Assembly: GCA_037310415.1 (NCBI GenBank)
Contig: CP147780.1
Location: forward strand, 192,001 to 256,000
Source: Candidatus Atabeyarchaeum deiterrae
GTDB lineage: Archaea; Asgardarchaeota; Atabeyarchaeia; Atabeyarchaeales; Atabeyarchaeaceae
Direction of reading: 5' to 3'
Length of the DNA stretch: 64,000 nt
A program made the translations under genes and the position numbers. A model generated the notes under the pieces. It did no database searches. It was not told the DNA's origin and worked only from the letters and a program-made list of their open reading frames with translations. Positions 50,007-58,851 of this stretch are shown one piece after another; the stretch's first letter is position 1; the number at the start of each line of letters is the position of its first letter.

Positions 50007-51146
50007 CTAGACTGTTTCCAGTGGGAGTTTGTTAAGCACCTCTAAGCCATCCTCTGTGACGACCACTGTCTCCTCCATTCTCAGTCCTCCAACTTCCAGA
50101 ATTGATGTTTCAACTTTCACGCAGATGACCATGCCAGGTTTGATGAGATGTACTTCGTCTTCGGATATCCTTGGGTATTCGTAGAGCTCTAGACCAATCC
50201 CATGACCTGAAATGCCAATGATGTCTTCGACTGGTGTGCTCTTCAGGAATGCTCTGACTGAGGCAGTTACGTCGTCAGACGTAGTTCCAGGCTTGATTTC
50301 CTCAATCGCTTTCGCTAGAGCTTTTTTTGAGACTTCAAAAACCTTCTTGTGTTTCTCTCCTGGCTTTCCAGTGTAAATTGTTCTAGCGACATCTGAGCAG
50401 TATCCATTGTAAATAGCCGAAACATTTAGCACGACGAATTCATTCGTATTGATTCTCTTCTGTTTAGCTGAAGCCAGTTTGTGTCCACTTCTCAATCCCG
50501 ACGCAATTACGCTCTCAAAAGCTGTGCGGTTGGACCCAGCTTTCCTCATTATCCGCTCAACTTCGGCAGCAACCTCAACCTCGGTCATTCCTGGCTGAAC
50601 CAACTCAATTGCCGCCCGGATTCCTCTCTCGCTTATCTCCAGCGAGTCACGCAGTATTTCAACTTCTTCAAGATCTTTCACTGAACGGATTTCGAGAAGG
50701 TCCTGTGAGGCATCCTTGAACCCTGTTTTCTCAAGACCACCTTTGAGTATCTCAAACATGTTAACTGTTACATAAGAGAATTCTGTTCCCATTGTAGCAG
50801 AAGAGAGACCATGTGACCTGACTAGGTTCTGAATTTCTTCTATGAAAGTCTTGGACGCAACTGATCGATCCTTGACTGTCTTGCGGGAAGATAGGTGTGA
50901 AGAGTAATACTTTATGTTAGTGAGCCATGACGAATCACGGGACCTTTCAAGTTCTATCTCCGGTAGAACCAGACATGGCTCACCTTGGTTTGACAAGAGA
51001 ATTGCGATTGGCAGTCCTTCGACCATGGGAGAGAATCCTGACACATAGTAGACGTTTTTGGGGTTCATGAGGAGCAGCGCATCCAGTTCTTTGCGCTCCA
51101 TGACTTTACGTAACCGTTCTATTCGGTTGGAGAACTCGCGAATCAT
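50007..51146 (-). CDS. M24B (Xaa-Pro peptidase/creatinase) fold protein with altered metal ligands
   Basis: Creatinase-N domain, RSVK..E, YCSDVART and GHGIGL motifs. Confidence 0.8.
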   Translation of the reverse strand: MIREFSNRIERLRKVMERKELDALLLMNPKNVYYVSGFSPMVEGLPIAILLSNQGEPCLVLPEIELERSRDSSWLTNIKYYSSHLSSRKTVKDRSVASKTFIEEIQNLVRSHGLSSATMGTEFSYVTVNMFEILKGGLEKTGFKDASQDLLEIRSVKDLEEVEILRDSLEISERGIRAAIELVQPGMTEVEVAAEVERIMRKAGSNRTAFESVIASGLRSGHKLASAKQKRINTNEFVVLNVSAIYNGYCSDVARTIYTGKPGEKHKKVFEVSKKALAKAIEEIKPGTTSDDVTASVRAFLKSTPVEDIIGISGHGIGLELYEYPRISEDEVHLIKPGMVICVKVETSILEVGGLRMEETVVVTEDGLEVLNKLPLETV

Positions 51147-51315
51147 ATTGATGTCAACTCATTAGGGGTGTAAGAGAATTTCTGGCATTGAAAAACTTTG
51201 TGGGAGGAAGACTATTGGCATGAGTGCTCCTCTTTGCCATGTAGAATGAGAATAACGTATTATATTGTGGTGGTACATCTAGTTAGGGGGCACATTTGCA
51301 GAGGTCTGACCGTGT

Positions 51316-51804
51316 ATGAGTGAACCAATAACGGTGACTGTGAGAATTTCCAAAGAATTGCTTAAAGAACTAGATAGCAAGGTTGAGCCGAGGAACAGAT
51401 CTGAATATATAAGGCAGGCAATCATCGACAAATTGAAAGGCGAGTCCTTCCCAAGCCAAATGCAAAGCTCAACAGGTGAAATAAAGCAACTCAAAGAAAG
51501 GCTAGACGTTCTGGAAGAAGTCGTGAAGAGAATAAACAATCAAAGTGTAGAGATCCAAATCCCTGCCCTGTTGGAAATCATCGCCTCAGATGAAACAGAT
51601 AAGAAGATAATCAATTACATCATCGAAAAGAAAAGTGCCACAACAAAAGATCTAGAAAAAGTGGTGGAACTGAGAAGAAGAATGATTCTGGAGCGCATCA
51701 AAGCACTAGATATCAAACACAAAGACAAGTTTGGCAGGCCCTTTCTGAAGTTCATCAGAGGTAAGAAGGACGGAAAAAGGCAATCGTGGTGGCTAGCGAA
51801 CTAG
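51316..51804 (+). CDS. Ribbon-helix-helix plus wHTH transcriptional regulator
   Basis: VTVRISKELLKELD..NRSEYIRQAI, coiled coil, C-terminal HTH-like part. Confidence 0.75.
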   Translation: MSEPITVTVRISKELLKELDSKVEPRNRSEYIRQAIIDKLKGESFPSQMQSSTGEIKQLKERLDVLEEVVKRINNQSVEIQIPALLEIIASDETDKKIINYIIEKKSATTKDLEKVVELRRRMILERIKALDIKHKDKFGRPFLKFIRGKKDGKRQSWWLAN

Positions 51805-51847
51805 AAACGTTACACCACAAATCAGCGTTGTGACACATTCATGCCGT

Positions 51848-51938
51848 GGGCCCGTGGCCTAGTCAGGATAGGGCGTCGGCCTCCGAACTTATGGGGGAAA
51901 GCCGATGGTCGTGGGTTCAAATCCCTCCGGGCCCGCCA
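51848..51938 (+). tRNA. tRNA-Arg(CCG) with 13-nt intron 51887-51899 at position 37/38
   Basis: GGGCCCG/CGGGCCC acceptor, GTTCAAATC T-loop, encoded CCA, BHB-type intron. Confidence 0.93.
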
Positions 51939-52179
51939 CCAAACTTCTTGAGTGGCGAGCGATACGAGAGAGTATTCATTCGTGCCCCTGCTCAACCAAC
52001 CCACAGACTATTTCTTCAGTTCAAGAGTCTAACAATAGAGTTTTATGGCTAGACATTTTAGTTTGATCCACAGGAAAAAGAGTATTGCCAATAAGCTGAA
52101 TGCAAAACAAGAACTTCGCCTCAATGTTGTTCGCATTGTTGAATCAGGCTTTCACAATTCCTTTCAGTAGGTGTATAGG

Positions 52180-54081
52180 TTGGCATCTAAGTTAAGTGAT
52201 GAAGTCAAGTCAGCGCTGGAAAGAGCGCTCTCAAAAATGAAAGTCAAAGTAAGTTTTTCCTTGGAGGAGACTCTTGAGAAGCCACCGGATACGAAGCTAG
52301 GTGACTTCGCGTCAACGGTTGCCTTGAGACTTGCAAAACAACTCAAGTTGAAACCCTTTGAAATAGCCAGAAAGATCAAAGAGAATATTCAGGTTCCAAG
52401 CCAAGGACTGATTGAAAGGGTCGAGGTGCAACCACCAGGTTACGTCAACTTCTTTGTAAGAACGGCAAACCTAGCGAAAGGCACCATTGACGAGGTGGCA
52501 AAGGGACAGAACAAATACGGGTGGAACAACTCTGGCAAAGGAAGAAAGGTTCTTGTCGAGCACACTTCGATCAACCCTACCAAACCTTTACATATCGGTC
52601 ATTTGAGGAACGCGATTATAGGCGATATCATTGCAAAGACCTACACCGCGTGTGGATGGAGTGTTGAGGTCGAGAACTTAATCGATGACATGGGCAGACA
52701 AGTCGCCATATTGGTCTGGGCTTTCGACAACAATATTCACCTGGAGGTTCCCAAGGATGACGATATGAAACTTGATTTATGGTATGGGCTTGTCTACTCC
52801 AGAGGGGACTCGAAACTAACTGAAAGACCTGATCTCGAGGGCGAAATCGAGAAGGTAATGCACGCGATGCACGATCATAATCATGAGATATCGAGATTTG
52901 CGAGAATCATATCTGAAAAGTGTCTCGAGTCCAACCTTGAGACGACCTCAAGATTAGGTGTCTTCTATGATATACTTGTATGGGAGAGTGACATAGGTCA
53001 GGCCGAGGTATGGAGCGAGGCCTTCGAGAAGTTAAAGAGCACACCTGAGCATTTTGGATTAGAAACGGAAGGAGAGCACAAAGGTTGCTTCGTTGCCAAG
53101 CTGGGTCATTTGGACGAATTCAGAGATTTGAAAAGCAGCGATAAGGTAATCGTGCGGTCCAATGGTGTTCCAACATATATTGCGAGTGACATTGCATACC
53201 AAATGTGGAAATTCGGTTTGCTGAAAACGGATATGAAATACAGAGCGCATCATGTTCAATCTGACGGAAGAGTGATTTGGACAACATCACCAATCCTCGC
53301 TAGTGAACAACGCGAGAAGTTCGCACATGCTGATAGAGTGATAAACGTGATTGGCTACGAACAGACATACCTTCAGCAGATCGTAAGGCTGTGCTTGAAA
53401 TTGCTGGGATACGAAAGTGAATTCAAGAACTCGATTCACTTATCATACAAGCACGTTGAGATTGCTGAGGGAAGATTCTCGGGAAGATCAGGGAATTGGT
53501 TTGGTTTCCATGCCGACGCTGTCGTTAATAGAACCATACTTCAAGCATACGAGCAAGTAAGTAAGAATCACCCCGATCTTCCAGAGCTCAAGAAGAGAGA
53601 AATCAGTGAAATCATAGGCGTTGGATCTGTAAGGTATTGGTTAGCAAAGTTCAGTCTTGATCAGACAATTATATTCGATTACGACAAAGTGACGGACTTC
53701 AACGGGGAAACTGGACCGTACATCCAGTACGCAACGGTAAGAGCAAACAGCATCATAGATAAGGCTGGATCAGGAGCTCTGACAAATCTGCCTAGAGTGA
53801 ACCTCGACGTGCTCTCTGACGAATCAGAAGTTGACTTGATCAAAAGTATTGCGTCCTTCCCAGATACAGTGACAAATTCTGCTGAAAGCCATTCACCCAG
53901 CTTTCTGGCAAATTACGCGCATGAATTGGCTCTGAAGTTCAACAAGTTCTACGAGAAACGACCAGTGCTGACAGCGCCGGAGAACGAAAAACAAGCTCGC
54001 CTTGCACTCGTACTCGCTGCGAGGCAAACACTATTCAATGCGCTAAACCTGCTTGGAATAAAAGTGCCGGAACAAATGTAG
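52180..54081 (+). CDS. argS: Arginine--tRNA ligase
   Basis: GDFAS, EHTSINPTKPLHIGHLRN, RSNG..TY..SDIAY, FSGRSG and GPYIQY motifs. Confidence 0.96.
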   Translation: MASKLSDEVKSALERALSKMKVKVSFSLEETLEKPPDTKLGDFASTVALRLAKQLKLKPFEIARKIKENIQVPSQGLIERVEVQPPGYVNFFVRTANLAKGTIDEVAKGQNKYGWNNSGKGRKVLVEHTSINPTKPLHIGHLRNAIIGDIIAKTYTACGWSVEVENLIDDMGRQVAILVWAFDNNIHLEVPKDDDMKLDLWYGLVYSRGDSKLTERPDLEGEIEKVMHAMHDHNHEISRFARIISEKCLESNLETTSRLGVFYDILVWESDIGQAEVWSEAFEKLKSTPEHFGLETEGEHKGCFVAKLGHLDEFRDLKSSDKVIVRSNGVPTYIASDIAYQMWKFGLLKTDMKYRAHHVQSDGRVIWTTSPILASEQREKFAHADRVINVIGYEQTYLQQIVRLCLKLLGYESEFKNSIHLSYKHVEIAEGRFSGRSGNWFGFHADAVVNRTILQAYEQVSKNHPDLPELKKREISEIIGVGSVRYWLAKFSLDQTIIFDYDKVTDFNGETGPYIQYATVRANSIIDKAGSGALTNLPRVNLDVLSDESEVDLIKSIASFPDTVTNSAESHSPSFLANYAHELALKFNKFYEKRPVLTAPENEKQARLALVLAARQTLFNALNLLGIKVPEQM

Positions 54082-54124
54082 GTCACTGTTAAATTAGTTG
54101 TTCGATACCATAGTAGAATGAGTA

Positions 54125-54215
54125 GGGCCCGTGGCCTAGTCAGGATAGGGCGTCGGCCTTCGAACTTATGGGGGAAAGCCGATGGTCGTGGGTTCAAATC
54201 CCTCCGGGCCCGCCA
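54125..54215 (+). tRNA. tRNA-Arg(TCG) with 13-nt intron 54164-54176
   Basis: Identical to the 51848 gene except the first anticodon base. Confidence 0.93.
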
Positions 54216-54474
54216 ATCCCGTTGCTGAGATCTTTTGTAGGTTCCTTCGCCTCACCCTTGGATATCCATCCGAATTTTCGTTTCTGTTCCGATATTCCAG
54301 CGGAGTATTACGTCCTGTAATAGCCCTTACTGACTAGATTACCTCGTGTAATCAAGGCAAAATCATTCTGTGTACGCTTGAAAAGAATTAAATATGATTA
54401 CGAATCATGAGTGAACTTGAGACTAGACAAATTGTTGTCTCTTCTTTTCGGTCCTTCGAGGAGGTATTCATCGC

Positions 54475-55692
54475 GTGCCAAAGTTGTCCAAACAATTGTC
54501 AAAGATTAAGACTTCAGCCATTCGAAGAACAGCAGCATGGCTGGCATTAGCCAAGGACAAGAGGGAGATCATAAGTTTCGGAGGAGGTGCACCAAGCCTT
54601 CCGCCACCTCCTGAACTTGTCCAGAAATTGAGGGATGCGCTGAATGATCCCTGGAAAGCGGTTGCCTATGGTGGAACCCGCGGCTCATTAGATCTACGTG
54701 AAGCAATAGTTAGGGATCTAGCCAAGTATGGAAATGTTAAACTAGATGGCGCTGACAACGTCATAGTCACCCATGGTGGAACTGAAGGGATTTTCGCTTG
54801 TCTAGGCTCTATTGTCGACCCAGGTGACGAAGTGATAATCGCAGATCCAACCTACCTGGGGTATCCTGAAGTCATGAAGATAATGAATGCCAAAGCTGTG
54901 CCTTTGCCAGTTTACGTCGACGAAGGGTTCCAACCAGATACCGAGGCTCTGAAGAAGAAAATAAGCAGACACACCAAGGCCTTCGTCTTACTTTCACCTG
55001 ATAACCCTACTGGTCGGGTGATCAAACCTGAAATCGCGAAGGCGATCGTAGACCTTGCGTGCGACCATGACTTCTGGGTAGTCTGTGATGACGCATACAA
55101 GCACACAGTATTCGAGGGACGCCACAGCTGGGTTAGCACCTTCCCAGGTGCCGAGGAACGCACAATTACAATCTGTAGTTTCTCAAAGGAGGCCTCTATA
55201 CCAGGACTAAGACTAGGATACACCTACGGACCCATCGAAGCAATTGACGGCATGGAAAAGTATGCCCAGTACATTTCGCTCTGCCCTGAGACCCTCATCT
55301 CAATGGCTGTAGCAGCTTATTTGAATGACCCGAAGGCGAAAGATCGGTACCTCAATGAGCAGGTCATACCAACCTACAAAGAAAGATGCGACGCTATGTA
55401 CAAGTACATTCGACAACATTTGCCAGAAGCCAGAATCACAAAACCCCAAGGCGCATTCTACTATTTTGTGAATCTTGAGAGCTACTTAGAGAAGTTGAAG
55501 ATGAATGATGAGGAGTTTGCCGACGAGTTAAGGGTGAAGAAAAACACAATAGTGATACCGGGCGACGTGTTTGGCGAAAATGGAAAAAGCCATGCGCGAA
55601 TGACTTTTGTGTCCGAACCAGACAATAGGATCGAGCAAGGAGTCAAGCGAATAGAAGAGTACTTGAATGAGAAACTCAGTGGTAGACCATAG
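54475..55692 (+). CDS. Class I/II PLP-dependent aminotransferase
   Basis: SPDNPTG, DDAY, SFSK...PGLRLG and PQGAFY motifs. Confidence 0.9.
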   Translation: MPKLSKQLSKIKTSAIRRTAAWLALAKDKREIISFGGGAPSLPPPPELVQKLRDALNDPWKAVAYGGTRGSLDLREAIVRDLAKYGNVKLDGADNVIVTHGGTEGIFACLGSIVDPGDEVIIADPTYLGYPEVMKIMNAKAVPLPVYVDEGFQPDTEALKKKISRHTKAFVLLSPDNPTGRVIKPEIAKAIVDLACDHDFWVVCDDAYKHTVFEGRHSWVSTFPGAEERTITICSFSKEASIPGLRLGYTYGPIEAIDGMEKYAQYISLCPETLISMAVAAYLNDPKAKDRYLNEQVIPTYKERCDAMYKYIRQHLPEARITKPQGAFYYFVNLESYLEKLKMNDEEFADELRVKKNTIVIPGDVFGENGKSHARMTFVSEPDNRIEQGVKRIEEYLNEKLSGRP

Positions 55693-55720
55693 TACCAGAC
55701 TTTGAGAAAAGCTAAAGACT

Positions 55721-56956
55721 TTAGAATCTGACTGGAGCAAAGAACAAGATCATAGGACCGAGTTTGAGTTTTCTTCTTTTCGATTTGACTTCACTCGTTA
55801 TTGCCAACAGAGTGTTTAGATGCTCATCCAGGCTGGAGACGGTTGCGTCTCTGTAAAGTGCGATTGTGTTTATCTTCTCTTCTCGTACGAGAAACTGTAT
55901 TATGATCGGGTTAATTGAATAGTCATGTTTCCAAGGGTTATTTGGTGTTAACACAATCCTTCTGCTTTCCGGGATTAGCTCTACTTTTGTTCTTGCCATG
56001 GCGACTTGATCGACTGTTTCTGCTGAGCCTTTGTCGTCTTTTCCCTCGAAGTGTTCTAGTGTTCTGCCAAGTATTCCCAGATTCTCAAGGTTCCCCGAAA
56101 TAGATTGGTTTGCCTTGGCTTCCTGTTCCTTGCTGGGCAATACTTTCAGGCACATGTATAGAGGCACGTTGTCTTCCTCTAGCCTTCTTGAATACACCTC
56201 GAGAGTCTTGCGGGCAACTTCAGAACATTTCTCGTTACTACTGACGACCCTTAGTGCTGGGCCGAATATTGTTGACGTGTTCTCTGGAGGTTTTGAATTA
56301 GATGCTGAATATGATGGTTGGAATCGTTCTTTTATCTCCTCGAGAGCCGTCTCATATACGTGCGCTGATCCCATCACGGTGAGCAAGTCTCCACGTGAAG
56401 AAGTGCCACCGAAATGCGCAGCGACTTCTGTCAGGAATACAGCATAACTTCCTGAGACATCTTCAGACCATGCCCTTGCAATATCGTTGCTTCGGATATA
56501 TTCGACTAGGTTCACCTTCCCTTTTATCCGCTCAAACATCACTATGTTTATGCAGGGCGGATCTGGACTCTTTATATCCTCAACTGGATTCCAGAACTGT
56601 GCGAAAGCGGATGAAGCAGTGTTCTTCAACGCATCACTTATTTGTTGTATTTGGTTGAACCCGAATCTTTTCCTCATGCACCAACCATAAGTGTATGTGT
56701 GCTCACCTCTCTCCGCCGTAGAGTACTGAGGCCAGTATTGCTGTTCGATAACTTGGGGAGATAAGCCAATGTAATCTTGTGGAGTGATGCTCCCCGTTCT
56801 CCAGTCAGTTAGATGAGCAATTCCACAGAGACATTCAAGCGTTCTTTGTCCCTTTCTTTCAGTGTATGCGATTGTTCCTTTCTCAACGACGGTGTTGACG
56901 ATCGAACGCCATGCCGTATCGACGTTTCTGTTTCTGGTTAAGAATGGTCCATACAT
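55721..56956 (-). CDS. Tandem two-domain thymidylate synthase/dCMP hydroxymethylase-family protein
   Basis: Domain 1 has YTYG, PPC135, R155SND and SAH199VY201. Domain 2 has DQV..PESRR333..NP..QFLVR but no catalytic Cys. Confidence 0.8.
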   Translation of the reverse strand: MYGPFLTRNRNVDTAWRSIVNTVVEKGTIAYTERKGQRTLECLCGIAHLTDWRTGSITPQDYIGLSPQVIEQQYWPQYSTAERGEHTYTYGWCMRKRFGFNQIQQISDALKNTASSAFAQFWNPVEDIKSPDPPCINIVMFERIKGKVNLVEYIRSNDIARAWSEDVSGSYAVFLTEVAAHFGGTSSRGDLLTVMGSAHVYETALEEIKERFQPSYSASNSKPPENTSTIFGPALRVVSSNEKCSEVARKTLEVYSRRLEEDNVPLYMCLKVLPSKEQEAKANQSISGNLENLGILGRTLEHFEGKDDKGSAETVDQVAMARTKVELIPESRRIVLTPNNPWKHDYSINPIIIQFLVREEKINTIALYRDATVSSLDEHLNTLLAITSEVKSKRRKLKLGPMILFFAPVRF

Positions 56957-56971
56957 CTTCTACTACCTCAT

Positions 56972-58504
56972 TTATTGAACCGTCTCTTCGCCAAGCAGAC
57001 GATAGTAAGGATGTGGTGGACGCGGCAAGACACCCATAGTCTTAAGAGCCTCGTCTGCAATGGCAGCTTCCGCTCCAGCCACATCGGGGAAGATGTTTTC
57101 CGCGTTCTTAATAGGTCCATATAGGTTCAAGTCAATTCCGAAGATTGTAGGAAGGGTGTAATCAAAGTCGAATCTGATGTCGTCGTGGTTTTTCACTGAA
57201 GAGTGAAGGTTGTGAATGCCTATGGCTGTGGGAAAACCGAATTGATTTTTCAAGATCCATGCCTGCTCAAGTGCAGACAGCGCACCTCCTCCGAGTCTTG
57301 GCACTCCTGGATCGATTATTGGCTTCTCAACGATATTCTTGAAAAAGCTCAAAGTCTCGCTTGTCTTCTTGTCTGACTCCTCAGCGGATTCCGCGTAGGA
57401 CAAGCAAATGGCATACTTTACTCCTCCGATCTCTTTGAGACTGCCGCGTTCCTTGTCGCTTTTAGTGATTATTGAGTTGTAGATTGTTCTATCCTCGATT
57501 CCAATGTCTTTGGCGAGTCTCAAACCGTGAATCCGAGCTTCAGCAAAGCTGGAGTCAACTATAATCGGTGAATCAGTCTGATCAACCGCGAATAGGAGGT
57601 ACTGTTCGATTGCCTCGACGGTTTGTCCGACGATGTGAACCATAACCGGAATGCTATAGTGTAATGAAAGTTCGTCTTGCTTGTGGATTAGCTCGGCTGC
57701 AACTCTCCTGTCAAAAGTCCCAGTCTTCACGTCTGAGACTATCTTGTCTTTTGTGTAGAAAATCGTACCAGCCATGACAGTTGGGTACTGTCCTCTATAT
57801 CCACCGAGCTTAACCCCGCATAGGTCATAGACTTGAAGCTCTGTCCCAGTAAACGTGAACATAGAGCCCAGCGCGTTTCTGAGTCTCCTCTTGTCTACCT
57901 CGGTCCTCTTCACGAACGCAGAAATCGCCCTTTTCCAGTCGTAGATTTCTTTCCGCTCAGGGGGATAAATCGGTTCCATTTCAAGAGGCTTCAGGTCCGA
58001 ACGGGCGAATAGTTCGTCTATCTTCACTCCAATTTTTTCGAGCGAAGTTTCATCGCTAAGATCTTCAACAGAGGCTATTTGCTGTTGGAAGCGCTTGACA
58101 TATTCTGATGGATTAGCCCCTCTAAAATACGTTGGAAGAAGTGTGGGAATAGTCCCTTGGCTACCTATCACCGTGTATTTGTCGTCTATCCCATTTGAGT
58201 GAAGCGCTTTGAATGTCTGCCCAGGCTCGTGACCTTTAACGCGTTGACCGCAGACCACGACATACCTGATCTCCGGGTTTGATATTATGTTTTGAATTAT
58301 CTTAGCAAGACCCTCGTTTTCAGTTTCGCAGAATCCAGCTATGGCCACGCGATCCGCTCTAGTTTTGATGACTTTGCCCGGAAGGTCGTAGGATCCGCAA
58401 GTCATCACTGCTATCTTGGCTCCTGGGTTACTGACGACATAGTCGCCGGGCAGCGGGGGCCACCTTGTTGCTTTCTTTGTATTATGAACCTGCTTTTCTT
58501 TCAT
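56972..58504 (-). CDS. Soluble MtrA-MtrH fusion (corrinoid protein plus methyl-pterin methyltransferase)
   Basis: MtrA: WPPLPGDY, TENEG..NIISNP.IRY, CG..VKGH92EPGQ. MtrH: GG..GQYPTV.AGTIFY, DSS, IYNSI, IDPGV, GIHN, YGPIKNA, HPY. No TM segment. Confidence 0.88.
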   Translation of the reverse strand: MKEKQVHNTKKATRWPPLPGDYVVSNPGAKIAVMTCGSYDLPGKVIKTRADRVAIAGFCETENEGLAKIIQNIISNPEIRYVVVCGQRVKGHEPGQTFKALHSNGIDDKYTVIGSQGTIPTLLPTYFRGANPSEYVKRFQQQIASVEDLSDETSLEKIGVKIDELFARSDLKPLEMEPIYPPERKEIYDWKRAISAFVKRTEVDKRRLRNALGSMFTFTGTELQVYDLCGVKLGGYRGQYPTVMAGTIFYTKDKIVSDVKTGTFDRRVAAELIHKQDELSLHYSIPVMVHIVGQTVEAIEQYLLFAVDQTDSPIIVDSSFAEARIHGLRLAKDIGIEDRTIYNSIITKSDKERGSLKEIGGVKYAICLSYAESAEESDKKTSETLSFFKNIVEKPIIDPGVPRLGGGALSALEQAWILKNQFGFPTAIGIHNLHSSVKNHDDIRFDFDYTLPTIFGIDLNLYGPIKNAENIFPDVAGAEAAIADEALKTMGVLPRPPHPYYRLLGEETVQ

Positions 58505-58668
58505 GGTTTGATGAGGTCCTCAAGGGAGATAGGAGACTATTTAAGAAATTCCATTTCATTAGATATATACATAGCTCCGTTGTGATGGAGCAATAATGAT
58601 GACAAAAGAAGTATCTGATTCTGCATAATGGCCTGCTTATGGAAGAAAACTAGGAGGAGGACTACAAG

Positions 58669-58824
58669 ATGGTTGATAGGCGGCTCAAGGCAGCCACGAG
58701 GGAACTGGCGAGCTTGAGGCGAAGAGCTAATTTTCACGTGCATGATAAGAAGGCAATCGACAGAAAAAGACGAATCATACATAGGTTAAGGCTTTTGAAA
58801 GCAAAGTCGGCGATAGAAGCCTAG
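58669..58824 (+). CDS. Small basic protein (51 aa), below ORF-track cutoff
   Basis: AGGAGGAGG RBS then ATG; MVDRRLKAATRELASLRRRANFHVHDKKAIDRKRRIIHRLRLLKAKSAIEA. Confidence 0.5.
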   Translation: MVDRRLKAATRELASLRRRANFHVHDKKAIDRKRRIIHRLRLLKAKSAIEA

Positions 58825-58851
58825 AGGCTCCCTTTTCTGTCTGTCTGATTC

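Noticed and set aside
51848-54215. Integrated element bounded by tRNA att repeats
   Set aside because: Both copies are full-length tRNAs with different anticodons, the cargo is housekeeping argS, and there is no integrase.
56972-58504. Evidence for methanogenesis (MtrA/H, Ftr, marker 2)
   Set aside because: No membrane Mtr subunits or mcr in the window, and each gene sits in a context that suggests another role.
58560-58850. RNase P RNA or C/D-box sRNA near nep1/rpp21
   Set aside because: No GAGGAAAGUCC-type P4 motif. ATGATGA...CTGA occurs once but lacks a second guide and terminal D box.
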